The translations under genes and the position numbers were made by a program. Source: Octopus bimaculoides (taxonomy: Eukaryota). Taken from it: DNA of 41,126 bases. Positions 10,694 through 21,831 of the stretch are shown one piece after another; position 1 is the stretch's first letter; the number at the start of each line of letters is the position of its first letter. Below the pieces are notes generated by a model, which was not told the origin of the DNA, made no database searches, and saw only the letters and a list, made by a program, of their open reading frames with translations. The stretch lies in assembly GCF_001194135.2 (NCBI RefSeq), contig NC_068990.1:23418910-23460035 (forward strand). The letters run 5' to 3'.

Positions 10694-11584
10694 CAGAGTG
10701 CGGTGAATATGTTGTCGTCTAAATTACGCAAAAATGAAATAACACTGACATATCATTTTAACAGATATATTTACCGAAATTGCATAAAAATATCTGGAAG
10801 TACTAAAGAGTAAATTTATTCAATAAAATCGTCATTGGATTCAACCACAACCTCCAGACGACTTCAGAATCTCTTGCAACTCTTCTGGAGTTTAAGTCTC
10901 CCTGTTTAAGTTTGTGAATTCTGCCATAATCCTTGCCTTCAGTTCATCTTTAGTTTTACAAAGAGTTTCGTTGGTCTCTCGCTCAACCGCGCCCCTCGCG
11001 TAATAATCAATAAGATTGCAGTGTAGAGAGTTAGGTGGCCAGATGTTAGGGGTGATGTGGTTGCAGAAATTGTCTGACAGCCATGACTGGGTTCTCCTGC
11101 TTGTGTGGAATGGTGCTGAGTCCTGTTGCCAGATATAGGGTGCTCCAGCAGCCACCCTCTTGCTCCAGGGCAGCACTGCCTCCTCTAGGCACTTGATGTA
11201 GGCCTCTGTGTTGAATGTGAGGCCGTGTGGGAAGATGAATGGAGGCATAACGTCGCCATCGCAGGGGATCACTCCAAACACCATGATGTTGACTGGATGT
11301 TCGATTTTTATCATTATCGGTACATGTCCACAGATTACACTGTCTTCAACTTGACACCCAAACACTCTGAAATGTTCGTATTGGAGCTTCCGACGCGAAT
11401 GCGCAGCAGTACAGCATGTCGTTTCCAAATTTCTAGCAGAGTGAATTGCATCATGGTGCTGTTTTTCTCAGAAGCAGTGCCCAACTAACCCTAGTATACT
11501 GTGTAGTAGATCAAATTTAAAAAACAAGCAATGTGCATGCGCGAAATTAAAAATATAAAATGGCGACAATTTACCCATCGCATC

Positions 11585-11587
<3 letters not shown>
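10694..11587 (-). mobile_element. Tc1/mariner DD37D (maT) element, internally deleted, TA-flanked with imperfect TIRs
   Basis: TA|CAGAGTGCGGTGAATATGTTGTCGTC at left versus TA|CAGGATGCGATGGGTAAATTGTCGCC on the minus strand at right; transposase remnants lie between. Confidence 0.85.
10816..11454 (-). pseudogene. maT transposase pseudogene: N-terminal HTH fragment fused to the C-terminal catalytic half
   Basis: MMQFTLLEIWKRHAVLLRIRVGSSNTNISECLGV, then a jump near 11335 to HPVNIMVFGV...WQQDSAPFH...WPPNSLHCNLIDY (37 residues between the two D, counted) and ..CKRF*SRLEVVVESNDDFIE*. Confidence 0.9.

Positions 11588-11650
<63 letters not shown>
11588..11650. repeat. (TA)n expansion at the mariner TA target site
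   Basis: Direct reading; abuts the TIR. Confidence 0.95.
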
Positions 11651-11652
<2 letters not shown>

Positions 11653-12721
11653 ACAAGGGTAAGTACAGATTATATCATGCAATAGGAATTCATAAAGGGT
11701 CAAGGAGTCACCAACTGACCGGCGTTCATTAAAATCCAAGAAGCGTAGTGGGCAGAGACGAAAACAACAGAACTTTTTGTTTAGTAACTATGTTAATGTA
11801 GTATAGTATAAGGTAATATAATTTGATATAACATAGTATAACGTGAAATAAAAACATAGTTCCTGTATTGATATTATATTATACTAAAATACCAGACTGA
11901 ATACGCTACGCTCTGTATGTAGATATGTGTTTACACTTCTGAAATAAAACTTGTGGTTCTTTAATTTATTTTACAACCTGCTGAAAGTCTATATAAAAAA
12001 GAACATCATTAATAATGTATTAGAAACGATGTAATCGACGGTACCTTCTCCCATCACTTGTATGAACTTGTGCCTTTGTTAGAAGACGGGGTACTCTGAT
12101 GCATATAGCATACACTGTGTCACGCATTTAGTAACTTGCTTCATATTTCTTAAGTTAAAAAGCTCTCAATAGAACGGAGTTTCATGCTCGTTCTCCAGAG
12201 AGAGAGAGAGACGTTTCGCTATCAGTACCATTAATGGCTGTAGCGTTAAAAAGTTCGTTTCGCAACTGCTCTCTTCCCAGATACGATTTCACTTTTACTT
12301 TAGAGTCAGGTTGACCGATACCTTGCGGATGAAATTTGACTAATAAAAATGCAGGTCTTTATATACATGTGTAACGTATGTTGTAGATATACAAGCAGCG
12401 CAAGTTTAACTATTTCTCCGTAAATAAAAAGTATTACGAACATCCTTAATCGATCCATTTTCAAACTTTATTGTCTTCTCGTCAGAGGTGTCTGCACCTT
12501 TTGACCAATCCCAGAGAAACAAGCAGCCAATCTGTTTATATACTCCGCAAATCCAGTTGCTGTGTGTATGTATGTATGCATGCATGCACGTATGTATCTA
12601 TGCATGCATATATATGTACATGCATATGTATGTCCGTGTGTGTGCATGTACGTGCGTATGTATGCATCTGCGTACGCTTGTAAGCATCTATGCCCATATG
12701 TTTGTATGTATGTATGTATGC

Positions 12722-13521
12722 ATAAATCAAAGGTAGAACAGAAAGAACACAACAAGCAGAAACCAACAAAACACAACATGCGGGGAAAATAGACGATAGC
12801 ACGACAAACGGCAACCGGGACAAAAACAAAATACACGGATCATTCGCAGCCGATTTTCTTCATGAGACGGAGTCCGGAAACTCCTTGTGGTTTCGGCCCC
12901 TTATCTCCGATACTACTCAAATCCGATGGGAGCCAGGGACTTAAACTAAAAGCATTAAGCCTCTAGGAAAAGCAAATGAATGTATACAGAAACAAAAACG
13001 AGACAGCTAGAATTATATACGTACGACAGAACGCCTTTCGGCTGTACAGTATAAGGGAAAGAAATTTTCGTACATATACAATAATAAATAATTCAATAAC
13101 AGAAAGGGTCTTTCGACAATCGAACGAACGTAGCGTTATGAAATAGTGATGCAAGTCCAACAGAAAAAGAATTATACATATACAATGGACAAGCGCCTTT
13201 CGACTATGCAGCAAAAGAAAAATAATTCTATAATTACAACATAAATAAATAACAGAAAGTGTCTTTCTATCAGTCAGGCGTAGTACCCTGGCGCAAAGGA
13301 AAAATGGAAGAAAGAAAAATCTTAACAGACCGGGCGGAAGGACAAGACGAACGCGACCAGCCTGGAAGGCGGCTGATCGAAAAAGGACGACAATGCCTTA
13401 ACTGGACAGTGATCATGTGGTAGGTGAGGAAAGGAGTTGAAGAGGCCAGAGGGACTAAGGAATAGGAGAGAGGGGAGAGAGAGGCAGAGAGACTAGGGAA
13501 TGAGAGGGAGGGGAGAGAGAG

Positions 13522-13582
<61 letters not shown>

Positions 13583-13816
13583 CAGAGAGAGAGAGAGAGG
13601 CAGAGAGAGAGAGAGAGAGAGAAAGGTACAAGGGAGGTGAGGAAGGAAAGCAAAGGGATTGAAGAATAAGAGGGAGGGAGGAAAAGGGATTAAGGAATAC
13701 GAGAGAGGGAAAATGAAATCAGAGGGACTGAGGAACGAGGGTGAGGGGAAGAGAGAGTGGGGGGGAGAGAAAGAGAGACAGAGACAGAGAGAGAAGGAAG
13801 GAATACAGGAGTAAAG

Positions 13817-13886
<70 letters not shown>

Positions 13887-14190
13887 GAGAGAAAGAGAGA
13901 CACACACAGAGAGAAGGAAAGAATGAGAGAGAAAAACAAGGAAAAGAGAGTGAGAGTCGCAGATATTATTCAAGGGATATTTTTTTTTAACAAAGTAAAC
14001 AACAGGACGTACGGAGCGCCGCATGGATAAATCAAAGGTAGAACAGAAAGAACACAACAAACGGAAACCAACAAAACATGGCGGAAAAACAGAGGACAGC
14101 GCGACAAGCAAGACAAAAAATAAGATACACAGATCATTCGCAGTCGATTTCTTCATCAGTCGGAGTCCGGAAAGTCCTTGTAGTTTCGCC
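12722..14190. repeat. Unit bounded by diverged ~170-bp direct repeats (12722-12897 and 14028-14190)
   Basis: Both begin ATAAATCAAAGGTAGAACAGAAAGAACACAACAA and contain GATCATTCGCAG.CGATTT..CTTCAT..G.CGGAGTCCGGAAA.TCCTTGT.GTTTCG. Confidence 0.9.
13465..13950. repeat. (GA)n / purine-rich low-complexity tract
   Basis: Direct reading. Confidence 0.97.
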
Positions 14191-14194
14191 ACTT

Positions 14195-14602
14195 TGTATG
14201 TATATGTGCAGATTTATATGTCTTGTTTCATGTATATATTCTCATGTATATAGTTGCATATCTGGACATTCTCATATATATTTAAATGATATACTTATGG
14301 AAAAGTTTTACAGGTTTTTACAGTTCCAGTGATGGATTGGATCTGTAGTCTCTGAATTAGGCTTTCTCCTTTCTGGTTTTGAGAAGCCTAGTTTCTCAAG
14401 ATTGGTATTTAGACAGTGTGTTACATATCATAGGTCTCCAATAATTACAGGTATAAACCTAAACTTGTAATCTGGATTAAGTGACTGCAGATTTCTCAAT
14501 AGTTCAGCATAGGTGTTCTCTTTTTCACTGATCTTCAGCTTTATGTTGACATCCGCTGGGCAGCTAATTTCCACAACTGTGCACAGTTTTTCTATCCCAA
14601 AT
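14195..14602 (-). mobile_element. 3' fragment of an RLE-type non-LTR retrotransposon (R4/Dong-like) with partial 3' UTR
   Basis: IWDR/KLCTVVEISCPADVNIKLKISEKENTYAELLRNLQSLNPDYKFRFIPVIIGDL*YV...LQIQSITGTVKTCKTF matches the C-terminal part of the PD-(D/E)xK restriction-like endonuclease (VEISCP, EK..KY, IPVIIG.LG motifs). One stop and frameshifts. Confidence 0.8.
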
Positions 14603-14902
14603 CATTATATGTATATATGTATGTATGTATGTGTGAATGTATGTATGTATGTATGTATGTATGTATGCATGTTTGCATGTGTATGTATGTATGTATGTAC
14701 TTATGTAGGTTGGTGGGTGGGTGGATAGATAGATGAAAGCATGTCCGTACGTACGTGTGTATTAAACGTACGTAAATATTTACGTATGAGTGTAAATATG
14801 CATCTAAGTACGTATGTATGTGTATGTATTTACTAATGTGTATATGTATATAAATATATGTATGCAAGTATAATTTTTTCTCTCCTTGTTTCTTTCCGTG
14901 TT

Positions 14903-14939
14903 CCTTTCTGTAGAAGAGCGTAGGCTCGAAACGTTAAAG
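14903..14939 (+). ncRNA. Degenerate minimal type I hammerhead-like motif in a Penelope-pLTR-like repeat
   Basis: CTTT-CTGTAGA-A-GAGC-gtag-GCTC-GAAA-CG-TT-AAAG: stems I, II and III and a UH site are all present; core position A6 is U. Confidence 0.55.
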
Positions 14940-15463
14940 ACTTTCTCATTTCCCGAGCGTTATACTAATAGATCTGTTTGTTTTCAACGCCATTTGTGTT
15001 CGTCTGTTGTTGTTTTTTTTTGTTTTTGTTTTTTGTAAATTCTCCCTATAATTTGTGTATCTGTATGTATGTATGCATGTATGTACTTATGTATCTATGT
15101 ATCTATAGCGTAGGATGTACGCCAAGACGCTGCTTTCCACTCTAGCCACATAAATATTGTAATCCAAGTATTAATTGCCACCTTCAAAACCGGTGGCCAC
15201 CGACGCTTTCGTTCGCGAATTACAATATAAAAATAAATAACGTTTAAAAACAATAAATAAGCGCGGTGGCGATATTTACATAGACTGCACCGCTAACCAC
15301 AATATATTTTAGCCTTGAGACAATGCCAGACAAAAGCGCTTTTGATGTCTGAGATCATAATTATTGATATCATATTTACATCATAGTAGACAGATTAATT
15401 TTTTTTCAATTTTGTTGTTTTACTTCAGAAGTCAGTTATAAAGGGAACGGACACAGACAGACA

Positions 15464-15530
<67 letters not shown>

Positions 15531-15884
15531 GTGTATCAGTGTATGTATGTACGTGTGTGTGTGTATGTGTATATATATATATATATACATACATGTGCGT
15601 GTTTATCAGTTGTTGTATATGTGGGCATGTTTATGCATATATGTAATATATATGGACATATATATGAATATGTGTGTGTATGCTTGCAGAGGGAATGAGA
15701 GACAGAGAGGGAGGAAGGTAGACAGAGAGGGAGGAAGGTAGACAGAGAGAGAATGAGAGAGAGGAGGAGGCAGAGAAAGAGAGAGTCTATACTATCAACC
15801 ACCAATGCTTTAGCATTTCTCCAGCATCCTAAAGATTCTGTCAGCTCGCTGCCTTAGTTTAACAAATTATTAATTTCACGCTTT

Positions 15885-16090
15885 AGTACAAGGCCAGCAA
15901 TTCTGGAGGGAAGGGATAAGTCGATTTCATCGACCCCAGTGATCGACTGGTACTTATTTTATCGGCCCCGAAATGATAAAAGGCAAAGTCGACCTTGGCG
16001 GAATTTGAACTCAGAATCTAAAAAGACAAAAATGCCGCTAAACATTTTTTTTCAGGCGTGCTGCTAACGATTCTGCCGGTTCGTTGCTTG
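15885..16090 (-). mobile_element. SINE family A copy (an extra head fragment lies at ~15805-15856)
   Basis: Family A motifs. Confidence 0.85.
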
Positions 16091-16599
16091 AGTTTAACAA
16101 AATATTGATACTACAGTGTTTACGCTCTAAGTAGTGACCCGTTTTTACAGAGGTCGCTGTGAACTCGTTGTAGGGTTAAAAACCTAAACATATCATGATA
16201 TCCTTGGTCGTCCAATTGTTACTAATAATTGCAACTATATATATCATCCTTGATTGTCAAGTTCATAGGGTAGAACGACTACCAATCATTTCTGTAGATC
16301 TGCATTATTATCGTTTTTTGTACATGTTAATTTTCATGTTAATTTTTATCAGTTTATGTAGGTGTGCATATTGTTTTTTTAATGTGTTAATCTTTTTCAA
16401 TTTGTTTTTATTTGCAAATGTTACATTGACATTTTAATCAATCTTTGACTTTAATTATCATTAGCAAAAGTAACTATAAATCTTTATTTCTATGTTTCGA
16501 ACCCAACTGAAATCAACTTTCTTTCATTCTTCTGAAATAACACATATCGGTAGGGAACTCTGGGATCAATTTTAAACGCTCCTACACCACCCCATGTGA

Positions 16600-16890
16600 G
16601 GTCATTGGTGAGGTTTCTCCTTAGGGCTACAGGTAACATGCAGTCCTGTACAACCTGCTGCATGGTCAGTCGTTAGCGACTAAACCGGCAACCCCCCCCC
16701 CCCACTGGGCTAGCCTGATGAGGAGGTTTGCTAGAAACCCAGAAAGACTAAAATCAAGACCTGTCAAAAGGACGTATGACCCCAGTGTAGGTTCAACGAC
16801 GATCTAGCAAAAGCACGGAACCTCGGAAATTCCAGGTTGGTTTCCGGTGTGCTGGAAGACAAACATGATTTAAGCCATCCCATTGTAACC
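16600..16890. mobile_element. GC-richer decayed repeat, possibly a LINE 5' region
   Basis: Composition shift with a C-run and no intact ORF; family not identified. Confidence 0.25.
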
Positions 16891-16904
16891 ATACTGTTAT
16901 GGTG

Positions 16905-17580
16905 GCGTTTTGTTTTTCCTCCTTACCTAGTGTATCTGGGACTACGCTAACGAATGTCCAAATGTGTCCTTCGTATTCTCCTAAGATAGTCATTTGTGAC
17001 TTAATGGAGAATTAACTGCTTTGTTCAGCAAATCGAGCGAATACGTTGAAGCTCTCTCACTGATCCAACCATGATCTCATATTGTAGTTGTGGCATTTTG
17101 TTGTTGTTGTTGTTGTTTAACCCCAGCCCAGCCAACATCTGATTAAAGGAATTCAAGCCCTGATCATTCCGGTGTGTTTATCTCCACACCTATGACTACG
17201 CTATCGAATATTCAAATCCGTCGTTCGTATTTTTTTTAAGGTAATCATTTATAGTTTGAAAGAAAATTGGCTGCTTTTTCTAGTAAGTCGAATTACCATA
17301 TTGGCGCACCCTCTCAAGCTCGACCGCTATCTATTATTGTAGTTGTTGCTGTTTTGTAGCTGTTGAATCAAGGCCGATTTGAGTCAGCCTTGATCCGACA
17401 GACCTTTTATTAAAGGCAATGCAGTCGTGACCAACACGTAGATTATTTTTTCAGACATATCAGGTCTAGGATTACATTATCCAAAACAACCTTTCGTTTT
17501 TAAATCTTTAAAATGTACTTTAAAGAAGATTTCTTTGTGCTCTCTAGCAGGTCTATCAACCTTATGGGAGGCCCTGTCCC
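16905..17580 (-). mobile_element. Three consecutive decayed copies of SINE-like family D ((AAC)n tail)
   Basis: Recurring GTATCT.GGACTAC..TATCCAA..TGTCCTT and ..GGCTGCT.TTTCTAG.A.GTCGA blocks near 16905, 17098 and 17345; similar remnants at ~28325-28460 and ~36185-36320. Confidence 0.6.
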
Positions 17581-18324
17581 TTCGATAGACTCAAAGAATT
17601 CTATTGATTAATTAATTCTTTTTCCCGATTCACGATTTGATCCATATTGGTGTCTATATTGCGTTCATGAGAGATAAATCTTCTCTTGGAAATAACGATA
17701 GTCTCTCGACGTCCAATTGTTCCTTCAGGGATTCTATGCAATCATTTGATCACCTATTAAGTGCGTCCGAATCTCCTTCAAAAGACACTGTCGCACTATT
17801 TTGAAAATGAAAACACATAAGATAATATAGTCCTAGGTAAACTATGCTGGAAGAAGGGGACGATGAGAGGAGAAAATTACAGTTTCAATGCCCTAAACAA
17901 ATTAAATGCTACTGGCTTTTAAAAGAACACATTGGATGATGTACAGACTTCCTAAAGAAACAAAAAGATACCAAAAGATTAATGATTACAATATATTTAA
18001 TTATAGTTCTGCTCGATAAATGTTGAACTCGAGTTTAACAACAATGACAACAATAATAACAAAGTACAATTGTCAGTGTATTTGCAAGGCGAAAGAGTTA
18101 ATCGATTCTAAAAAGAAAAAAAGAAAGTGACTCTTATGTTACTTTTACAAATGACAATCAATACGCATTTGTGATAATCATTAGCATAATTGTGAATTGT
18201 AATCTAGTTACAGAAGCTGTAGGTTTTCAAGAAACTATCAATAAACATATTCACTTTCACAACAATGATTTTGAAACAAATGTTCACAGCAGTAAAGTAG
18301 CTGCTCTTTATAATTGTACGTAAG

Positions 18325-18516
18325 AAGACAGCGAGCAGACAGAATCGTTAGCACATCGGACAAAATGCTAAGCGGCATTCCTTTCGGTTATTTAGGTTCT
18401 GAGTTCACATTCCGCAGCGGTCGACCTTACCTTTCATCATTTCAGAGTCGATAAGATAAACACCGAGGTCTATGTTATTGATTAGTCCCTTCCTCCAAAA
18501 TTGTCTATAGTAGAAA
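18325..18516 (+). mobile_element. SINE family A copy, diverged
   Basis: Family A motifs. Confidence 0.8.
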
Positions 18517-18534
18517 GGATTATTATTTTTCTTC

Positions 18535-18622
18535 TTATTATTATTGACTGAGAGAGCAGTGCATGCCATCAAAGTGACACTGGGATAAAATATACGAAGC
18601 CCATTATACTCAATCACGACGA
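18535..18622 (-). mobile_element. Short 3' end of a (TAA)n-tailed retroelement
   Basis: TTATTATTG..TGAGAGAGCAGTGCATGCCATCAAAGTGACACTGGG, recalled as an abundant Octopus repeat end; not searched. Confidence 0.45.
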
Positions 18623-18939
18623 AGGGGAAAAAATCCAGGTGACGTGCTACGTCTGCTAGTAACCACAGTCAAATGTCTTACAAATCAGAGACGGAAGAAT
18701 ACAAATTCTCTTGACTCACTTTTATTCATTTCTTTCTCGGTGCCGGTTGCTTGAGGGTTCGGTTATTTAAGTAGCGGATAAGAGAGAGTTTATTGTATTT
18801 AGATTACACTTTTTTATTTCATTTTATGATAGCGCACTGTTTGAAAGTCCTCGGTCTGCAGGGACTACACCGTTGTAAGTATAAGCAGGTGGTCCAAATA
18901 AAATTTTGTTGATAAAATTTGTGCAATGAATCGGTTATA

Positions 18940-19352
18940 GGCGTAGGAGTGGCTGTGTGGTAAGTAGCTTGCTTACGAACCACATGGTTCCGGGTTCAGT
19001 CCCACTGCGTGGCACACTGGGCAAGTGTCTTCTACTATGGTCTCGGGCCGACTAAAGCCTTGTGAGTAGATTTGGTAGACGGAAACTGAAAGAAGCCCGT
19101 CGTATATATGTATGCATATATATATATATGTGTGTGTATATGTTTGTGTGTCTGTGTTTGTCCCCCCTAACATCACTTGACAACCGATGCTGGTGTGTTT
19201 ACGTCCCCGTAACTTAGCGGTTCGGCAAAAGAGACCGACAGAATAAGTACTAGGCTTACAAAGAATAAGTCCTGGGGTCGATGTGCTCGACTAAAGGCGG
19301 TGCTCCAGCATGGCTACAGTCAAATGACTGCCACAAGTAAGAGTAAAAGAGT
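18940..19352 (+). mobile_element. SINE family B full-length copy with internal (TA)n(TG)n tract
   Basis: Head GGCGTAGGAGTGGCTGTGTGGTAAG, B-box GGTTCAGTCCC, CORE-like GGGCAAGTGTCTT, internal microsatellite, 3' half ending ACAAGTAAGAGTAAAAGA. Confidence 0.92.
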
Positions 19353-19837
19353 NNNNNNNNNNNNNNNNNNNNNNNNNNNNNNNNNNNNNNNNNNNNNNNN
19401 NNNNNNNNNNNNNNNNNNNNNNNNNNNNNNNNNNNNNNNNNNNNNNNNNNNNNNNNNNNNNNNNNNNNNNNNNNNNNNNNNNNNNNNNNNNNNNNNNNNN
19501 NNNNNNNNNNNNNNNNNNNNNNNNNNNNNNNNNNNNNNNNNNNNNNNNNNNNNNNNNNNNNNNNNNNNNNNNNNNNNNNNNNNNNNNNNNNNNNNNNNNN
19601 NNNNNNNNNNNNNNNNNNNNNNNNNNNNNNNNNNNNNNNNNNNNNNNNNNNNNNNNNNNNNNNNNNNNNNNNNNNNNNNNNNNNNNNNNNNNNNNNNNNN
19701 NNNNNNNNNNNNNNNNNNNNNNNNNNNNNNNNNNNNNNNNNNNNNNNNNNNNNNNNNNNNNNNNNNNNNNNNNNNNNNNNNNNNNNNNNNNNNNNNNNNN
19801 NNNNNNNNNNNNNNNNNNNNNNNNNNNNNNNNNNNNN
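19353..19837. other. Assembly gap
   Basis: N run. Confidence 1.
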
Positions 19838-19855
19838 TATGTGTACATATATATG

Positions 19856-19934
<79 letters not shown>

Positions 19935-20780
19935 TGTTGATTGAATCTAATGCAATTTAATCAATAAATGTCTCTTTTAATGCACAATCCAAACTACTTC
20001 GAGGATATCGCACTTAAATCCCTCAAAGACAGGATGCAACTTTTAAGAAGTAGGTTCCCCTCTACTGGCATACGTGCTTTTATTCTAAATATCGTTGCCA
20101 AAATGTATTTGACATGCTAGCTTATAATACAGGTAGGAAGAAAAGAGGCGATGAACGAAAGGAAAAGAAAAGGACTTAAGCAACACGTGAAGTTCTCTTT
20201 ACAAACGCTTTTTAACACAAATTCACATCCACCAAACAGTCGATTTCTATGACAGAGCATAACAATATCCCGTTGTTCCATAGAACAATATCTTGCCCAT
20301 TGTTCTTAAACAGAGTTCCCGAAGTTTATAGGAATTTTGTTCAACACGTTATTTGTCTTTTTAAGCATGTGAACACATTCTGTGCTTGGATAGCAAGCGC
20401 TGTCCAGGCCTTCTATGTGAGATGTGATGCGTCTATCGCAGATCAAGGAAAGGCTACTCTTCCTGTCAATGTTGTTGGCATTTTCTAGACCATGCGGGAT
20501 ATATGCCTATGCAGAACTTTCTCGGCGCTGGATTTACCATTAAGCTAAATATGAACGTGCGTAGGACATCAAGTGAGGCGGAGTGGGGCGTCACAAAAAG
20601 GGTAATTGGTTTACGGTACAAAAGAAATCAATTTAAAATTGCTAAAATAATATCCGGGATGCCTTATCTCTACTAAGTATGAAAAGAGATGCTTTATTTA
20701 AGATTAATTTTGAAGATCAGATCAAAGACTTCGCAATTAAAAAATGGAGAAAACCTTTGAAATATAAAGTGAATATAGTA

Positions 20781-20942
20781 GGCGTAGGAGTGGCTGTGTG
20801 GTAAGTAGCTTACTTACCAACCACATGGTTCCGGGTTCAGTCCCACTGCGTGGTACCTTGGGCAAGTGTCTTCTACTATAGCTTCAGGTCGGCCAAAGCC
20901 TTGTGAGTGGATTTGGTAGACGGAAACTGAAAGAATCCCGTC

Positions 20943-20983
<41 letters not shown>

Positions 20984-21205
20984 TGTGTGTGTGTGTATGC
21001 TTGTGTGTCTGTATTTGTCCCCCGCTTCAACATCGCTTGACTACCGATGCTGGTGTGTTTACGTCCCCGTAACTTAACGGTTCGGCAAAATAGACCGATA
21101 GAATAAGTACTAGGCTTACAAAGAATAAGTCCGGGATCGATTTTCTCGACTAAAGGTGGTGCTCCATCATGGCCGCAGTCAAATGACTGAAACAAGTAAA
21201 AGAGT
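20781..21205 (+). mobile_element. SINE family B full-length copy
   Basis: Highly similar to 18940-19352. Confidence 0.92.
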
Positions 21206-21501
21206 ATACAAAAATAAACATTATTTTCCATCTTACTGTTAGCTTTGTTTCATTTCGAAAAATAAAAATTGATTTATGGTTATGGTTTATTATTTATATT
21301 TTAAAGGTTAGTAAAGTTAGAGGTCGGAATAACTGTCTAAGGGATAAAAGTATCCGTTATACTAGCGGTATAATTACCTATGTTAACCCTGGACATACAT
21401 ATGCAAGCATATTATGCTCATAAATTACAAGTAATGACAAAGATAAAGATGAGTTTTGTCAGGAATTAAATTTACAGTAAACAGGAAATGGAGAAATATT
21501 G

Positions 21502-21541
21502 AACAACAATTGACTGACATCGATGTTAATCAATTGTTGTT
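21502..21541. repeat. 40-bp near-perfect palindrome centred on ATCGAT
   Basis: AACAACAATTGACTGACATCGATGTTAATCAATTGTTGTT; two non-canonical pairs. Confidence 0.9.
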
Positions 21542-21630
21542 GGACTGCGATCGTGCTCTTGCCACATTTTTCAAGGGTTTTAGTCTAACAAATCAACCCC
21601 AGCACGCTCACATATATGCATATATATACG

Positions 21631-21695
21631 ACGGTCTTCTTTCAGTTTCCGTCTACCAAATCCACTCCCAAAGCTCTGGTCGGCCCCGGCTTCAG
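21631..21695 (-). mobile_element. SINE family B fragment (a second decayed copy lies at ~22248-22370)
   Basis: CGACGGTCTTCTTTCAGTTTCCGTCTACCAAATCCAC. Confidence 0.8.
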
Positions 21696-21795
21696 TATAC
21701 ATACACACACGCACACGCAGCACACACGCACACGCAGCACACACGCACACACACACATTCAAACACACAGTCACACACACACTTACACACACACA

Positions 21796-21831
<36 letters not shown>

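Noticed and set aside
12205-12235. Minus-strand CTGATAG-CGAAACGTC hammerhead-like string
   Set aside because: No stem II, the core lacks G8, and stem I does not pair.
12495-12545. CCAAT-CCAAT-TATA promoter-like arrangement
   Set aside because: Short motifs are expected by chance in AT-rich DNA, and a microsatellite follows.
14140-14190. Functional type II hammerhead in the direct repeat
   Set aside because: No stem III with a UH site can be drawn in either copy.
16712-16770. CTGATGAG...CAGAAA hammerhead candidate
   Set aside because: The stem II closing pair and stem III pairing fail.
17620-17790. Ser-rich plus frame and two open minus frames
   Set aside because: No convincing splice pair or start; ambiguous strand.
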